Shown: positions 37,501-49,156, counted from the first letter of the whole stretch. The stretch: 63,239 nucleotides of DNA, filler included, from Basidiobolus ranarum (GCA_040143965.1; 3 parts of 3 records of this genome joined end to end with filler, not necessarily neighbours in it); one strand, 5' to 3'. The notes: generated from the sequence alone by a model not told the origin. Program-made: numbers and translations.

Positions 37501-40500
37501 TTACACTTGCATTCGGAGCTCGGGTATCAATGGCACCAAAAGAACGTTTACTCACAGATATTGAAGATGTTATTAACTCAATGCAGATTACTACAGCGTT
37601 GTTAACGACAACAATAGCGAGCTACATCCATCCCGCTAAGGTTAAATCGTTGAAAACGTTATTGGTAGGAGGTGAAATGATGACTGTAGCCGTTCGTAAT
37701 TCTTGGGCATCGATACTTGATTTAAGCAATATGTATGGACCTACCGAAGCGGCTGTGGCATTCTTGGTCAATCACAAGATAAATGAAAAGTCGTCATGCA
37801 GTAATGTTGGTAAGCCCATGGAAAGTAATGTAATCTATATTTTGGACTTGGATTTAAATCCTGTTCCTCTGGGAGTTGTTGGAGAGCTTTGCGTGTCAGG
37901 GCCACAACTAGCCCGAGGTTATTTAAATCGTCCTGATCTTACTGAAATTGCTTTCATACCTAATCCATTCACTTCTGGAGAACGCTTATATCGTACTGGT
38001 GATTTAGCACGTTATAATGTAGATGGCTCCGTAGAATTACTAAGACGAAAAGACAACCAAGTAAAATTACACGGGTTGCGTATTGAGCTAGATGAGATTG
38101 AGCATGCTATGTATGAGTATTCCAAAATTGGAAGAGCCTGTGTACTGCCTATAGTAACTGACTCTACTACAGACCATAAATCTCTAGTGGCCTTCTTAAC
38201 TTTCAATGGTCTAGTTGACAAATCTTCCCCAGTTGCTTTACTCAATGCTATTGATACTCCAGAGGCTGTGACACACACCGGTGAGGTTAGGGAACTTTTA
38301 AAGAAAACTTTACCGCCATACATGGTTCCAACTGTGTGGGTACCGCTCAGCGCGATACCTACCAATTCAAGCGGGAAGATCGATCGAAAGTTTGTCACTA
38401 CCATATATGAGTCGATTAGCAGAGATGATCTATTGTCATTCAGCGCATCCAACAATACCGACTATGTCGGGGCTGTTACACGAGTGGAACAAGATTGGAT
38501 TCAATTATGGGCTAAGGTGCTCCACATATCCGAGAAACTCATTGGTATTCACGACTCATTCTTTAATCTTGGTGGCGATTCAATCGTTGCTGTTAGATTG
38601 GTGGGTGCAGCTCGTCAATTTGGCTATGAGTTGAGTGTTCAACAGCTTTATGAGAATTTGACTATCGCAGAACTTGCTGCCAATACAGTGTTACTAAAAA
38701 GTGAAGACAAAGAGACAAAACCGATTGACAAGTATGAGCTTCTTAATCTTAAATCGGATGAGCTTGAGCACTTGTTGGATGTCGATATCAAACAGAATGG
38801 GATACTGCTCAGTAATGTAGAAGATGTATATCCATGCTCTCCTCTCCAAGAAGGTCTTATGGCCTTGGGCTTGCAAGATAACGTAAGTTACTTGAATCAG
38901 CAATTATATCGCTGTGAATCTGACATTGATATGGATCACTTCAAACATGCATGGAAATCAGTGATTGAAGCAAACCCTATTCTCCGCTCTACTATAATAT
39001 TTTCGGACAGCGGCTACTCTCATCTGAGTGGCCTCCAAGTTGTACTTGGAAGCGAGAGCATTGATTGGAATGTTTTAGATATTGAAAGGAGCGCTTTCTC
39101 TGAGAATTACTTGGCAGAAATATTAGATATGGATGTTAAGAAAGGAATACACGTTGGTCATCCACTAACCCGATTTACTGTTATCCGTATCGAGAATTCC
39201 ATGGCGTACTTCATATGGACCATTCATCATTCTTTGTATGACGGATGGTCCATGAGTTTGATGATTGAAGATTTAATCAATGCTTACCACTTGAAGGCAC
39301 TCTCAGCTAGACCTTCGTACAATAACTTCATCAAATATATCAGTGATAGGAAGAAGGAAGAATCACTAGCATATTGGAGAAAGGTGCTTGCGGATGCTGA
39401 GGTGACATATATAGCAAAACAATCTTCATCGGCATACAAAGACAAGTCATCATCGCAGCTTATTGAGAATATCAATGTGAACTTTACTTCGATAACAACC
39501 AAGCACAATGTGACAATAGCGACAATCGTCAATTTGGCGTGGTCTTTGGTTATGAAATTGCACACTGGCAGCTCTGATGTTATCTTCGGCGTGGTAAACT
39601 CTGGAAGAAATCTTCCGGTTAATGGTATACAAGAGATTCGCGGGCCATGCTTTAATACCCTTCCAGTTCGTGTAAATCTCGACAGTGAACTTACACTTCT
39701 GGATATCATGCTTCGTATTCATGGTTCTCAAACTGAACAACAACGTTACCAATCAATCGGACTGCAAGATCTTCTCAGGAGTTGTGTCGACATAAAAACT
39801 CCCTCTTTATTTGATTCTTTACTTGTCATTCAGAATCTTCCAACTGAAAGTATTGCTTCTAGTGTAGCTTCCATTGGACTAAAAGAGCTGAGTACTTCAA
39901 TGCCAGCAAATTACCCAGTTGTAGTCGAGCTGATAGCAGTTTCTGGGAAGCGTACACTTGCACTTACTTACGACAGTAATGTGCTCTCCGAGGGTGAAGC
40001 TCAATGGATATTTAGTCACATGAAGACAGCGTTGTCGGAGATCGTCAAGAATGTAAATATGCGAGTGAATGATCTCAGTGTTATATCTACAGAAGAGTCC
40101 GTTCTATTGAGTAGCTGGAGTAGTAATGCTACTATGCAAGACTGCAATTCACTCATTCATGAGTTGTTTGAAAAGCAAGCGCATCTTAATCCAGACCACA
40201 TAGCTCTCCAATTCGAAACATCCGAGTTCTTCACATACGCTGAACTCAATGCCAGAGTTAACCAATTAGCACATCATCTCATTGAATTAGGTGTTGTTCC
40301 CGATTCTACGGTGCCCCTTTGCGTTGACAAATCCGTTGACATGATAGTAGCCATGTTAGCTATTCTCAAATCGGGCGGTGCTTATGTGCCACTTGATCCG
40401 AATAATCCAGTTGAACGTAATAGATTCATCATTAGTGAGGTCAAAGCTACGGTAGTTGTCACATTCGATCGTTACAAGTGTTATTTCAGAGGAACAAGGA

Positions 40501-42202
40501 TATTCCTGCTTGACAATGAAGCAGAACTCCTTAGTCATCAATCAATTAAGAATCCTGTAGTTGAAAACCTTTCACCCTCCAATCTGTGCTATATCCTCTT
40601 CACCTCTGGCTCCACTGGTACACCCAAAGGAGTTATGATGGAGCATTCAGCTGTGGTTAACTTCCTCCAAGCATCGAACAGTATTTGGAATCTCACCGCT
40701 GATGATTCAGTTTTGCAATTTGCTAACTACACTTTCGACGCTTCAGTGAATGAAATCTTTTTCCCTCTTGCGTCTGGAGCTCGTATAGCTATGGCTCCAA
40801 AGGAAATCTTACTATCAAATATGGAGGAGACTATTGACAAAATGAATGTGACATCACTAGTGCTAACACCAACCATAGCTTCATGTATTGATCCCGCCAA
40901 GATTCCATCCGTAAAAAGGCTGATTCTTGGAGGTGAAATGATCACAACCACAGTTCGAAACTCATGGCTTCCTTATGTTGAGATAGCCAACGCTTATGGA
41001 CCAACTGAGGCCGCAGTGGCAATTTTAACTTACCTGAGCATCGACGAAAAAACCTCATGCAGTAACGTCGGAAAACCGATGGATGGTAACACCATTCGTA
41101 TCTTAGGGTTGGATATGCTTCCAGTTCCGATTGGAGTAGTTGGAGAACTGTGCGTAAGCGGTCCTCAACTTGCACGTGGCTATCTCAATCGTCCAGACTT
41201 GACAAAGAAAGCCTTCATAATGAACCCATTAGCAACTGATGAGCGCTTATACTGCACCGGTGACTTGGCTCGGTTCAACTCTGATGGATCTGTCGAATTG
41301 ATCGGAAGAAAAGATAACCAGATCAAGCTTCACGGCTTGCGAATCGAACTGGATGAGATAGAGCATGCTCTTTATGGCCACTCAAAGGTCAAGAGAGCTT
41401 GTGTACTTCCTTTGGTTACTGATCAATCCACAAATCGCAAGTCAATAGTTGCATTTTTGGCCTTTGGTGATATCACAGATGACAAACTCCCTCTAGAAAT
41501 ATTAACTGGTTCACTCGCATCAATCGCCGAAAGTCATATTGAAGAGTTGAAGAGTCAGGTGAGAGAACATCTCCCACCATATATGGTACCAAACATATGG
41601 ATTCCACTTAGTGCAATCCCAACCAACACAAGTGGAAAGATTGACCGTAACAAGCTTTCTACTTTCTTCAATACGTTGAGTCTCGAGGCCGTCGTTGGCT
41701 TATCAGGCTCTTCCAAAGAAAAGGACACCACTGCTTTGACTTCAATGGAGATAACCATACAAAGAATCTGGTCTGAAATTTTGAACATCCCCGCTTCCAG
41801 TTTCAGCATCGACGACTCATTCTATCAACTAGGTGGTGATTCCATTTCAGCCATTCGAGTATCATCCTCCAGTCGCCAAAATGGACTTTCCCTCTCTGTC
41901 AAGCAAATCATGCAGAATCCAACTATTCGTACTCAGGCCTCAGTTGCCACTTCAGTGGTTGAGAATTTAGTTGAAGTCAAACAGGTTTACAGGGATGAGG
42001 CTTTGCTCACTCCTATTCTGCAGCATTTCATGGAGACTCCTCAGGAAAACATACATCACTTCAATCAATCGTGGCTGCTTAAGCTGAGAGCCTCTATCAC
42101 CGTTGAAAGCTTGAATTTGGCCATTTCTTCTCTGATTCACCACCATGAGTTACTACGCAGTCGCTTTTCCTGTTCAGAAGGAAAGTGGAAAATCCAAATT
42201 CT
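31532..42202 (+). CDS. Multimodular non-ribosomal peptide synthetase: partial C0-A1-T1-E1-C2-A2-T2-C3-A3-T3-E3, 3' truncated by gap
   Basis: Exon 1 is 31532-31948, intron 31949-32015, then one open exon of more than 10 kb. Three A domains (FTSGSTGTPKGV, YGPTE, GDLAR). Three T domains (GGDSI near 33957, 38571, 41832). E1: LTPIQ, HHYLIDLVSW (34509), EGHGRE, RTVGWFT, FNYLGRF. C domains: HHSINDGWS (35922) and HHSLYDGWS (39225). A second E domain starts near 42000 (LLTPILQHF...HHFNQSWLL). Confidence 0.97.
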
Positions 42203-42302
42203 NNNNNNNNNNNNNNNNNNNNNNNNNNNNNNNNNNNNNNNNNNNNTTAATTAATTAANNNNNNNNNNNNNNNNNNNNNNNNNNNNNNNNNNNNNNNNNN
42301 NN
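42203..42302. other. Artificial contig-join linker / gap
   Basis: 44 N + TTAATTAATTAA + 44 N, identical to the first linker. Confidence 0.98.
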
Positions 42303-42338
42303 GAGTTAACTGCCGAAGGAGCGGCCTCGGGTTCGGGG

Positions 42339-42494
42339 CTAGCTAAAGAGCAATCGGGCAGCTTTCTTTACTGTACTATTATAGGGTACATTATGTCGGG
42401 ATAATATTCGTCTCAAGTCGATCACTCTTAAACTATTTGGTTCAAAACCTGGGTTCAAATATTCAAGGTTTTCATGGGAAGAAGTTAACGACAT
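42339..42494 (-). CDS. HeH/LEM-domain N-terminus of a Src1/Heh1/Man1-type inner nuclear membrane protein (fragment or frameshifted at contig edge)
   Basis: Not in the ORF track. Reads MSLTSSHENLEYLNPGFEPNSLRVIDLRRILSRHNVPYNSTVKKAARLLFS*, matching the HeH pattern EYLxPxFDPxSLxVxxLRxILxxHxVxYxSxAKKA. Confidence 0.7.
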   Translation of the reverse strand: MSLTSSHENLEYLNPGFEPNSLRVIDLRRILSRHNVPYNSTVKKAARLLFS

Positions 42495-42962
42495 ACTTCT
42501 TTATCGTGTTTAGTACCGCTGACTCTGATAACGAATTTTTCGTGGTATTAGTAAGAGAAAGGGGTAAACGGGTGACTATGCACTGCACGAGCTGTCTATA
42601 CACTATACTTGCTTCGAAAATTATTCCCAGTTGAATCTGAAATCTTGAACCCTAAATTCCACTGACTAAACTAGATTCATAAAACGCCACCTAGGATGCC
42701 GCCATTTATCTTAACTTCAAACTTATCTTACGTCACTTCATATTCAATTAATTTCCAAATTGGTTTATAGATGGCAATGATTGCACATCACACTTCATTC
42801 ATCAATGAGATTTGACAAAGCTTGTATTGTTATTAAAAAGTCCGGAATGTAGAGCAAAATGGAGGGAAAAGAGAATGTAAGCAAAATGCAGGGGAAAGAG
42901 GATATGAATATGAATGGTAGATGTGACGATGACAGACGTGTAAATGAGATTAAGTTCACTAT

Positions 42963-44298
42963 TTAGACTTTATAGTAGTTAGAGGGGACAAAAGGCATCT
43001 TGGTGACCAGGGCCTTTTGCATTCTATTTCTGACCTTGACTACTAACTCGGTGTTAGATTTATGGAAGCCAGACTTGACATAGGCCATGGCCACATTCTT
43101 TTTGAGCGAAGGTGAGGGAACACCACTAGTAGTGGTACCAATCTTCTCCCCATCCACTGTGTAAACATCACAATTTTCTCTTGCAGGTGCCCCTTCAACA
43201 ATCAAACCAACTCGTCTCTTCTCAACTCCACCCTTAATTTGGGGTAAAATAAATTCAGCACCCAAGAAACCACCTTCAGCCCTTCTACGTTTTCCAATAG
43301 TCCAAGTAAGACCAGCTTCCACTGGGGTAATATCTTCGTTCAAGTCATTACCGTAGAGGCACAAACCAGCCTCCAAACGAAGGGAATCCCTGGCACCTAG
43401 ACCAGCCATTTCAACACTAGGATTACTTAAGAGTAATTCAGCAATACGTGTAACCTCTGGGGTAGGAATAGAGATTTCAAATCCATCTTCACCGGTGTAT
43501 CCAGAACGAGCAATATGACAGTCAACACCTTTAATGCTAACCATCTTTCCGGTCATAAAGCTCATACCACTAAGGTCGGTATCCACAATTTCCTGTAAAG
43601 CAGCAACAGCCTTGGGTCCCTGAATAGCGAGTAAAGAATGATCATCGATGATGTTAAGTTCAGCATCACCACCTTGGTTTTGGAAAGCTTCAAGGTGCTG
43701 ACGAAGATGCTTCAAATCTTTATCAGCGCAACCAGCATTAGATACGATATAAAGTGAACCATCGTGTTGGCAGATGATAGTGTCATCAATGATACCACCT
43801 CTTTCGTTAGTGAATACTGACAAGGTGGAGTGGCCAAGAGGTAAGCTTTTGATATCACCTACGACCAAATTCTCAATGAATTGAACGCGGTCTTTTCCAG
43901 TTAATCTAATCGATATCAAGATAATGGTAACGGTAACGGTAATGGTAAATAAGCATCCTATCACTTTTCAATCAACCAATCAAACATACCTGGTCTGTAA
44001 CATGTGTGAGACGTCAAAAATGGAAGCGTTCTCGCGAGTATGGAGATGAGACTGTAAAACACCCAAAGAAGCGTACTTTACTGGCATAGACCAACCGGCG
44101 TAAGGGACCATCTGGGCACCTTGACTCAAGTGAAAATCATAAAGAGCGGTCTTTTTGAGTTCTAAAATAACCCCATTGTAAGGAAAAAAGCAAAAAGGAC
44201 TTCATATGTTATAGAAAAGTGAACTTACCTTGAGAAGAGGTGGTATAACCACGTGTGGCGAACTTTCCGAAAGAACGTTGAGCAAAGTTTCTGAGCAT
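42963..44298 (-). CDS. GCV1: Glycine cleavage system T protein (aminomethyltransferase), mitochondrial; 3 exons
   Basis: Presequence [18 protein letters not shown], then [64 protein letters not shown] and VTKMPFVP. Confidence 0.97.
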
Positions 44299-44757
44299 CA
44301 CTAGCAGAGGAAAGGGCGGGGCTGGTTGAGTGTAGGTTAAAGAAGTTCCTCGTTAGACTTTACTATTTTAACTCTCATGTCAAAAAATGAGGAACTTAAC
44401 TCGGTGGAATGTACACACCTATCAACATATTGGTCCACTTCTATAACTGGATGTTCCCACGGGAGGCATACTCCAACGCTACGTGGATTATCCATTTCAG
44501 ATAATCTGACACAAATTCAGGATAATATCCGGACAAAATTAACGTCAATTTCTGATGATGTACAATTAACGATGATTAATTGGTTTGGTTGGATTCCAAC
44601 ATGCAGCGCAACTTAAGCAACTTGCTTAGGGTTGAAGTGCAAACGAGAGCACAAATCAAGCCTTTTAGATATATAGTGTAACGACTGATAAGAGTGACTT
44701 GTGGCATTGCCAATTTACCCCAAATCCGGTCTATCCAGCTTGTATCATAGGTGAACC

Positions 44758-44769
44758 CACGTGACTCAT
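44758..44769. promoter_or_regulatory. Overlapping bHLH E-box (Cbf1-type) and Gcn4/CpcA site in the GCV1-TRP1 divergent promoter
   Basis: CACGTGACTCAT contains CACGTGAC and a perfect TGACTCA, and lies between two amino-acid metabolism genes. Confidence 0.55.
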
Positions 44770-45013
44770 CATTAATCACTTGTAGTCAGCGACGAGAGTG
44801 GTCAAGCGCTACGGCCAACATCGATTTGTAGTTAACATTTGGGATTGGGGGTTCCTCGGGGTTTCATAAAATAGGTGGTTGACAAGTAATTTGGAAGACT
44901 TAAAATTATTATTCTTTTAACTTCATTTATTCCAGTATTTACTCTGCTATACTTTAGGTTTTCTTGAATAGTTCTCTTACTAATTTTCTTATAACTGAAG
45001 CATTAAGCTAGAA

Positions 45014-47239
45014 ATGACTACCGTTTTAATCGATAACTACGATAGTTTCACCTGGAACGTGTATCAATATTTATGTGAAGCTGGGGCTAACGTTATTGTA
45101 TTCCGTAATGATAAAACTACCGTCGAACATATAGCATCTTTAAAGCCAAAGAATTTGGTTATTTCACCTGGACCTGGACATCCTTCAGAGGATGTTGGCA
45201 TTTCAAAAGACGCAATTCGTCATTTTGCTGGAAAGATACCTATTTTAGGTGTATGTCTTGGTGAACAATGTATGTTTGAAATATTCGGTGGACAGGTCAC
45301 TTTCGCAGGGGAGATTGTACACGGGAAGGTATCCAAGGTCAAGCATGATGGTAAAGGGCTATATCATGGGGTTCCTCAAGATATAGCAGTCACTCGGTAT
45401 CATTCACTTGCTGGAGATCCCACCTTTATACCAAAGGAACTCATTGTAACCAGTCGTACTGATAATGGGATTATCATGGGAGTCAGACATAACAAGTATT
45501 GCATTGAAGGGGTTCAATATCATCCAGAAAGTATTCTTAGCGAACATGGCTCGATTTTAATTAAGAATTTCCTGAATTGTCGAGGTGGAACCTGGGAAGA
45601 AAACCCTGAATTAGAAGTGACTTCAACCACTGAACCTACTCCATTGGTAGATGACAAGAAATCTCAAACTATCCTTGAAAAGATTCATATACAACGACTT
45701 GCAGATATCGCTGAAGCTAAAGCCACCCCTGGACGTTCAGAAGCCCAACTCCAAAGACTTCTCGAATTAGGGATTGCCCCGCCACAAATTGACTTTGTAG
45801 CTAGACTGCGTCAAGGGCCTAGGAAGCCTGCGGTTATGGCAGAGATCAAGCGTGCATCACCCAGTAAAGGGGATATCAATGTTGATGCGATTGCAGCCGA
45901 ACAAGCTTTGATTTACGCTGAGGCAGGTGCTTCAGTTATTTCAGTATTAACCGAACCCAAATGGTTCAAAGGATCACTACAAGATTTGCGTCAAGCCCGA
46001 GAAAGTGTATCTAAACTTCCCAATCGACCAGCAATTCTTCGAAAAGATTTCATCCTCGATTCGTATCAAATTATGGAAGCACGTCTAGAAGGAGCTGATA
46101 CAGTGTTACTCATCGTGGCTATGTTGAAAGATGATGAAATTCAAAATCTCATGAAATACTCTAGATCCTTAGGTATGGAGCCTTTGGTGGAAGTAAATAA
46201 CGCTGCGGAAATGAAAAAAGCCCTGGCATTTGGTGCCAAAGTAATCGGCGTAAACAATCGAAATCTGCATACTTTTGATGTTGATATGGAAAACACTAGT
46301 AGATTGGCAGAGATGGTGCCAGAAGACGTTATTCTTGCCGCACTTAGTGGCATTACCGGGCCACAAGATGTGAGCAAATATATGGAACAAGGAGTTGGTG
46401 CAGTCTTAATCGGTGAAGCTCTAATGAGATCTCATGATAAAAAACAATTCATTCACAGTTTGATCCAGTCAGAGGCAACCGCGCCAACTACTCAACAATC
46501 CACTCCTTTGGTCAAGATTTGTGGTGTACGTACAGTTGAGGCGGCTGTAGAAGCGACTAAAGCAGGTGCCGACTTCATTGGGATGATTTTTGCACAATCT
46601 AAGCGTCAGGTGAACCTTGATGAGGCTTGCAAGATTGTCACTGCAGTTCGTGAGGCTTCGTCTGAGAAATCCGCTTCCGAAGTGCTAGAGCCATCAGTAG
46701 AGAGCAAAGAATGGTTCCGTTTTCACGCGGATAATGTTACCTACGGACAGAAGCCATTGATAGTAGGAGTGTTCCAGAATCAGAGTGTTGAGTATATCAC
46801 TTCTATTGTTCAACGGGTAAAACTTGATCTGGTACAACTTCATGGAGAAGAATCAGTGGAGACAGCCAAATTCTTACCAGTACGTGTTATCAAGGCTTTC
46901 CACATCGACGGCTCTTTCGATAACTTTAGCGAACTACGTAGACCAGGCTATAACGCATTCACTTTACTCGATGCCAAAGTGGAGACAAAACAACAGGGTG
47001 GAAGTGGAGTGACATTTGATTGGAATATAGCACAAAGATTCCTGAAAGATTCTATAAATTTGGAAGGAGATCAGTTCCCTATACTCTTGGCTGGTGGATT
47101 AACCCCAGAAAATGTACAGCTGGCAGTAAACCAGGTTCACCCTTGGGCAGTTGATGTATCAAGTGGAGTAGAAACCGACGGAGTAAAAGATTTACAAAAG
47201 ATCCGGGAATTTGTCAAGCGTGTAAAGAACAACCAGTAG
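45014..47239 (+). CDS. TRP1: Trifunctional tryptophan biosynthesis protein (anthranilate synthase component II / IGPS / PRAI; TrpG-C-F)
   Basis: IDNYDSFT, SPGPG, GVCLG and QYHPES (GATase); AEIKRASPSKG, SVLTEP and LRKDF (IGPS); VKICG, QLHG, LAGGL and VDVSSGVE (PRAI). Intronless, 741 aa. Confidence 0.98.
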   Translation: MTTVLIDNYDSFTWNVYQYLCEAGANVIVFRNDKTTVEHIASLKPKNLVISPGPGHPSEDVGISKDAIRHFAGKIPILGVCLGEQCMFEIFGGQVTFAGEIVHGKVSKVKHDGKGLYHGVPQDIAVTRYHSLAGDPTFIPKELIVTSRTDNGIIMGVRHNKYCIEGVQYHPESILSEHGSILIKNFLNCRGGTWEENPELEVTSTTEPTPLVDDKKSQTILEKIHIQRLADIAEAKATPGRSEAQLQRLLELGIAPPQIDFVARLRQGPRKPAVMAEIKRASPSKGDINVDAIAAEQALIYAEAGASVISVLTEPKWFKGSLQDLRQARESVSKLPNRPAILRKDFILDSYQIMEARLEGADTVLLIVAMLKDDEIQNLMKYSRSLGMEPLVEVNNAAEMKKALAFGAKVIGVNNRNLHTFDVDMENTSRLAEMVPEDVILAALSGITGPQDVSKYMEQGVGAVLIGEALMRSHDKKQFIHSLIQSEATAPTTQQSTPLVKICGVRTVEAAVEATKAGADFIGMIFAQSKRQVNLDEACKIVTAVREASSEKSASEVLEPSVESKEWFRFHADNVTYGQKPLIVGVFQNQSVEYITSIVQRVKLDLVQLHGEESVETAKFLPVRVIKAFHIDGSFDNFSELRRPGYNAFTLLDAKVETKQQGGSGVTFDWNIAQRFLKDSINLEGDQFPILLAGGLTPENVQLAVNQVHPWAVDVSSGVETDGVKDLQKIREFVKRVKNNQ

Positions 47240-47600
47240 AACACTCTTCTCCATTACAAATGTTTGATGGCAATCTTCGCTATTGAGTTCGCATGTATAA
47301 TCCGTAATAAAAAGAAGCACTACCCTGTATAATTGGGGTATATCGATCAACTCACTATCCATCATTTGCTCACAAACATCCGTGTATATATATCCTAACC
47401 CTAAATCCGAAAAAGACAAACTAGTGTGCATTCTGACATCAAATAAGCCAAAATTTATATGTGAAATATACATTAATCAGTTAAATTAAGATTCTTAACC
47501 AATTGAACATCATAAACAGACAGTAAGTGGAAAGGAAAAGATTGAAGTGCTATCTGAGGGTTAAGGCCAAACAAAGAGAATGATGAAAATGGCCTGAAAT

Positions 47601-49156
47601 TTAAAGAGAATCGTTTACAATTGGTTTGGCAAATTTGAACATATAGATTCTTCCATCTGTGCAACCAGCAATGATCATCTCCCTATTCAACTGTGTTGAG
47701 CAAATAGGCAAAGCTAACTTAGCATCAACATTAGTTAGCTTCTCTTCGTCACGATTCCAGAGCGTGATAGAGTCTCCAGATCTGCTATATTGACATCCTA
47801 TTACAATTCGCTTTTCGTGTATTCCAACACAAGAAACATAGCCGTGTGATACTCTAGAAGCTTTATATTCGATATGCTCATCTTCCCCACTCTCCCATGT
47901 CAATAAATAAATAGTCGCCGACGTAGTACAGACCACGTTGTTCTCAAAGACATCTAGTACACTGAATACTCCACATGGCTGCTGCAAATCAAACGTATAT
48001 ATACACATTCTTTTGTCAATGTCGTGAACCTTCAACTGGCCATTCTTAGAGCTCGAGAGGATTTTGTTGCCTTTCAAGTGAACACCAACGATCTGAATTA
48101 TGAAATTCAGTATAAGAAATGGTATGGTAGTAAGTAATTTTACTTACCGCTTGTTCATGGTCACAAAAAGTCTGTACTTTTTCTCCTGTATCCCACTTCC
48201 ACACTATGATAAACCGATCATGTCCAGCGGTTACCAGGTAATCTTGATTGATGGATAAGCAGGATATGGCAGCTACGTGACCACTTAAAGTATGTAGCAG
48301 TTGTCCAGAATTCATATCCCATACTGTACAGTCTCTGGAAAGCTTTGGCGATTAAAATGGAGTCGTCACTACCAAAGAGAAAATGAAGAATTTTACCTGG
48401 TATAAGACCCAGCTGCCAAGATTCCCAGTTCTGGGATAAAATCCAGACAACTTACAGTATTCGCTTCAAAAATATTTAAGCATTGTCCAAAGGTTACGTT
48501 CCAAACGCGCACAGTACGATCATAACTCCCACTCACTAGAATATCTCCCTTCATCTTTAGTGCGTATACTCTATCGCGATGACCTTTCAACAAACTTGTG
48601 TACATAGGTGTACCCCTTGACCAGTTGCGCTCTCTGCAGTAAAGATGTTGATATAGCTTTACCCAGTCCACTTTTCCAGTTGAAGGGACTTCCGAGTGGC
48701 TTAACTTCAAACACAACTTTTTCCACAATTCACCATTACTCACAAGCTTACACCAGCCAGTACTTACCTATCAAAGAAGAGCTTTAGCTGATTCTGTGTG
48801 ACTCATAAAATGAATTGTTTCATGGTAGCAGAGTTACCTCACGACAAGAGCATAAATCACGGCTGTCAAGGGTACTAAGTATCTTCACACCAATTTCTTG
48901 AGGCAATGAAGACAGAAAATCAAATTTCCACTGACTCAAACCTAACAAACGTCCGTTCAAATAATGTAACTCGTAAGGAGAACAAACATCCACCAAATTT
49001 TCCAAACTAAAAAGGTTTCAATTGAGAAAAGAACGGATCAAAAAGAAGTTCCTTCTTCAAAAACCAAAAAAAAAAATTAAGACGAGGAGAAACTTACAAG
49101 GCTATTCTTTCTTTTTGAGAAAGTTGTTCAAAGACACCGAGTAATGTATCTGACAT
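47601..49156 (-). CDS. F-box/WD40-repeat protein; multi-exon
   Basis: F-box DFLSSLPQEIGVKILSTLDSRDLCSCREV...W...LWKKLC, followed by WD40 repeats (GHRDRV..LVSGSYDRTVRVWN, GHVAAIS..TAGHDRFIIVW). Probable ATG at 49156. Confidence 0.9.

Noticed and set aside
42310-42361. GC-rich stem-loop (CTGCCGA...GGCCTCG-GGTT-CGGGGCT...TCGGGCAG) followed by a T-rich run, as a possible ncRNA 3' end
   Set aside because: It overlaps the HeH-domain reading frame on the opposite strand at a contig edge and matches no RNA family motif I can recognise.
43923-43948. (GGTAAY)4 hexamer run giving the ITVTVTI peptide at the start of the ORF-track GCV1 call
   Set aside because: It is an intronic microsatellite; the true GCV1 N-terminus is in upstream exons starting at 44298.
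20494-47239. A biosynthetic cluster made of the UNC-93-like transporter, the NRPS and TRP1/GCV1 as precursor supply
   Set aside because: The three parts lie on different blocks separated by synthetic linkers, and TRP1 and GCV1 are ordinary housekeeping genes.
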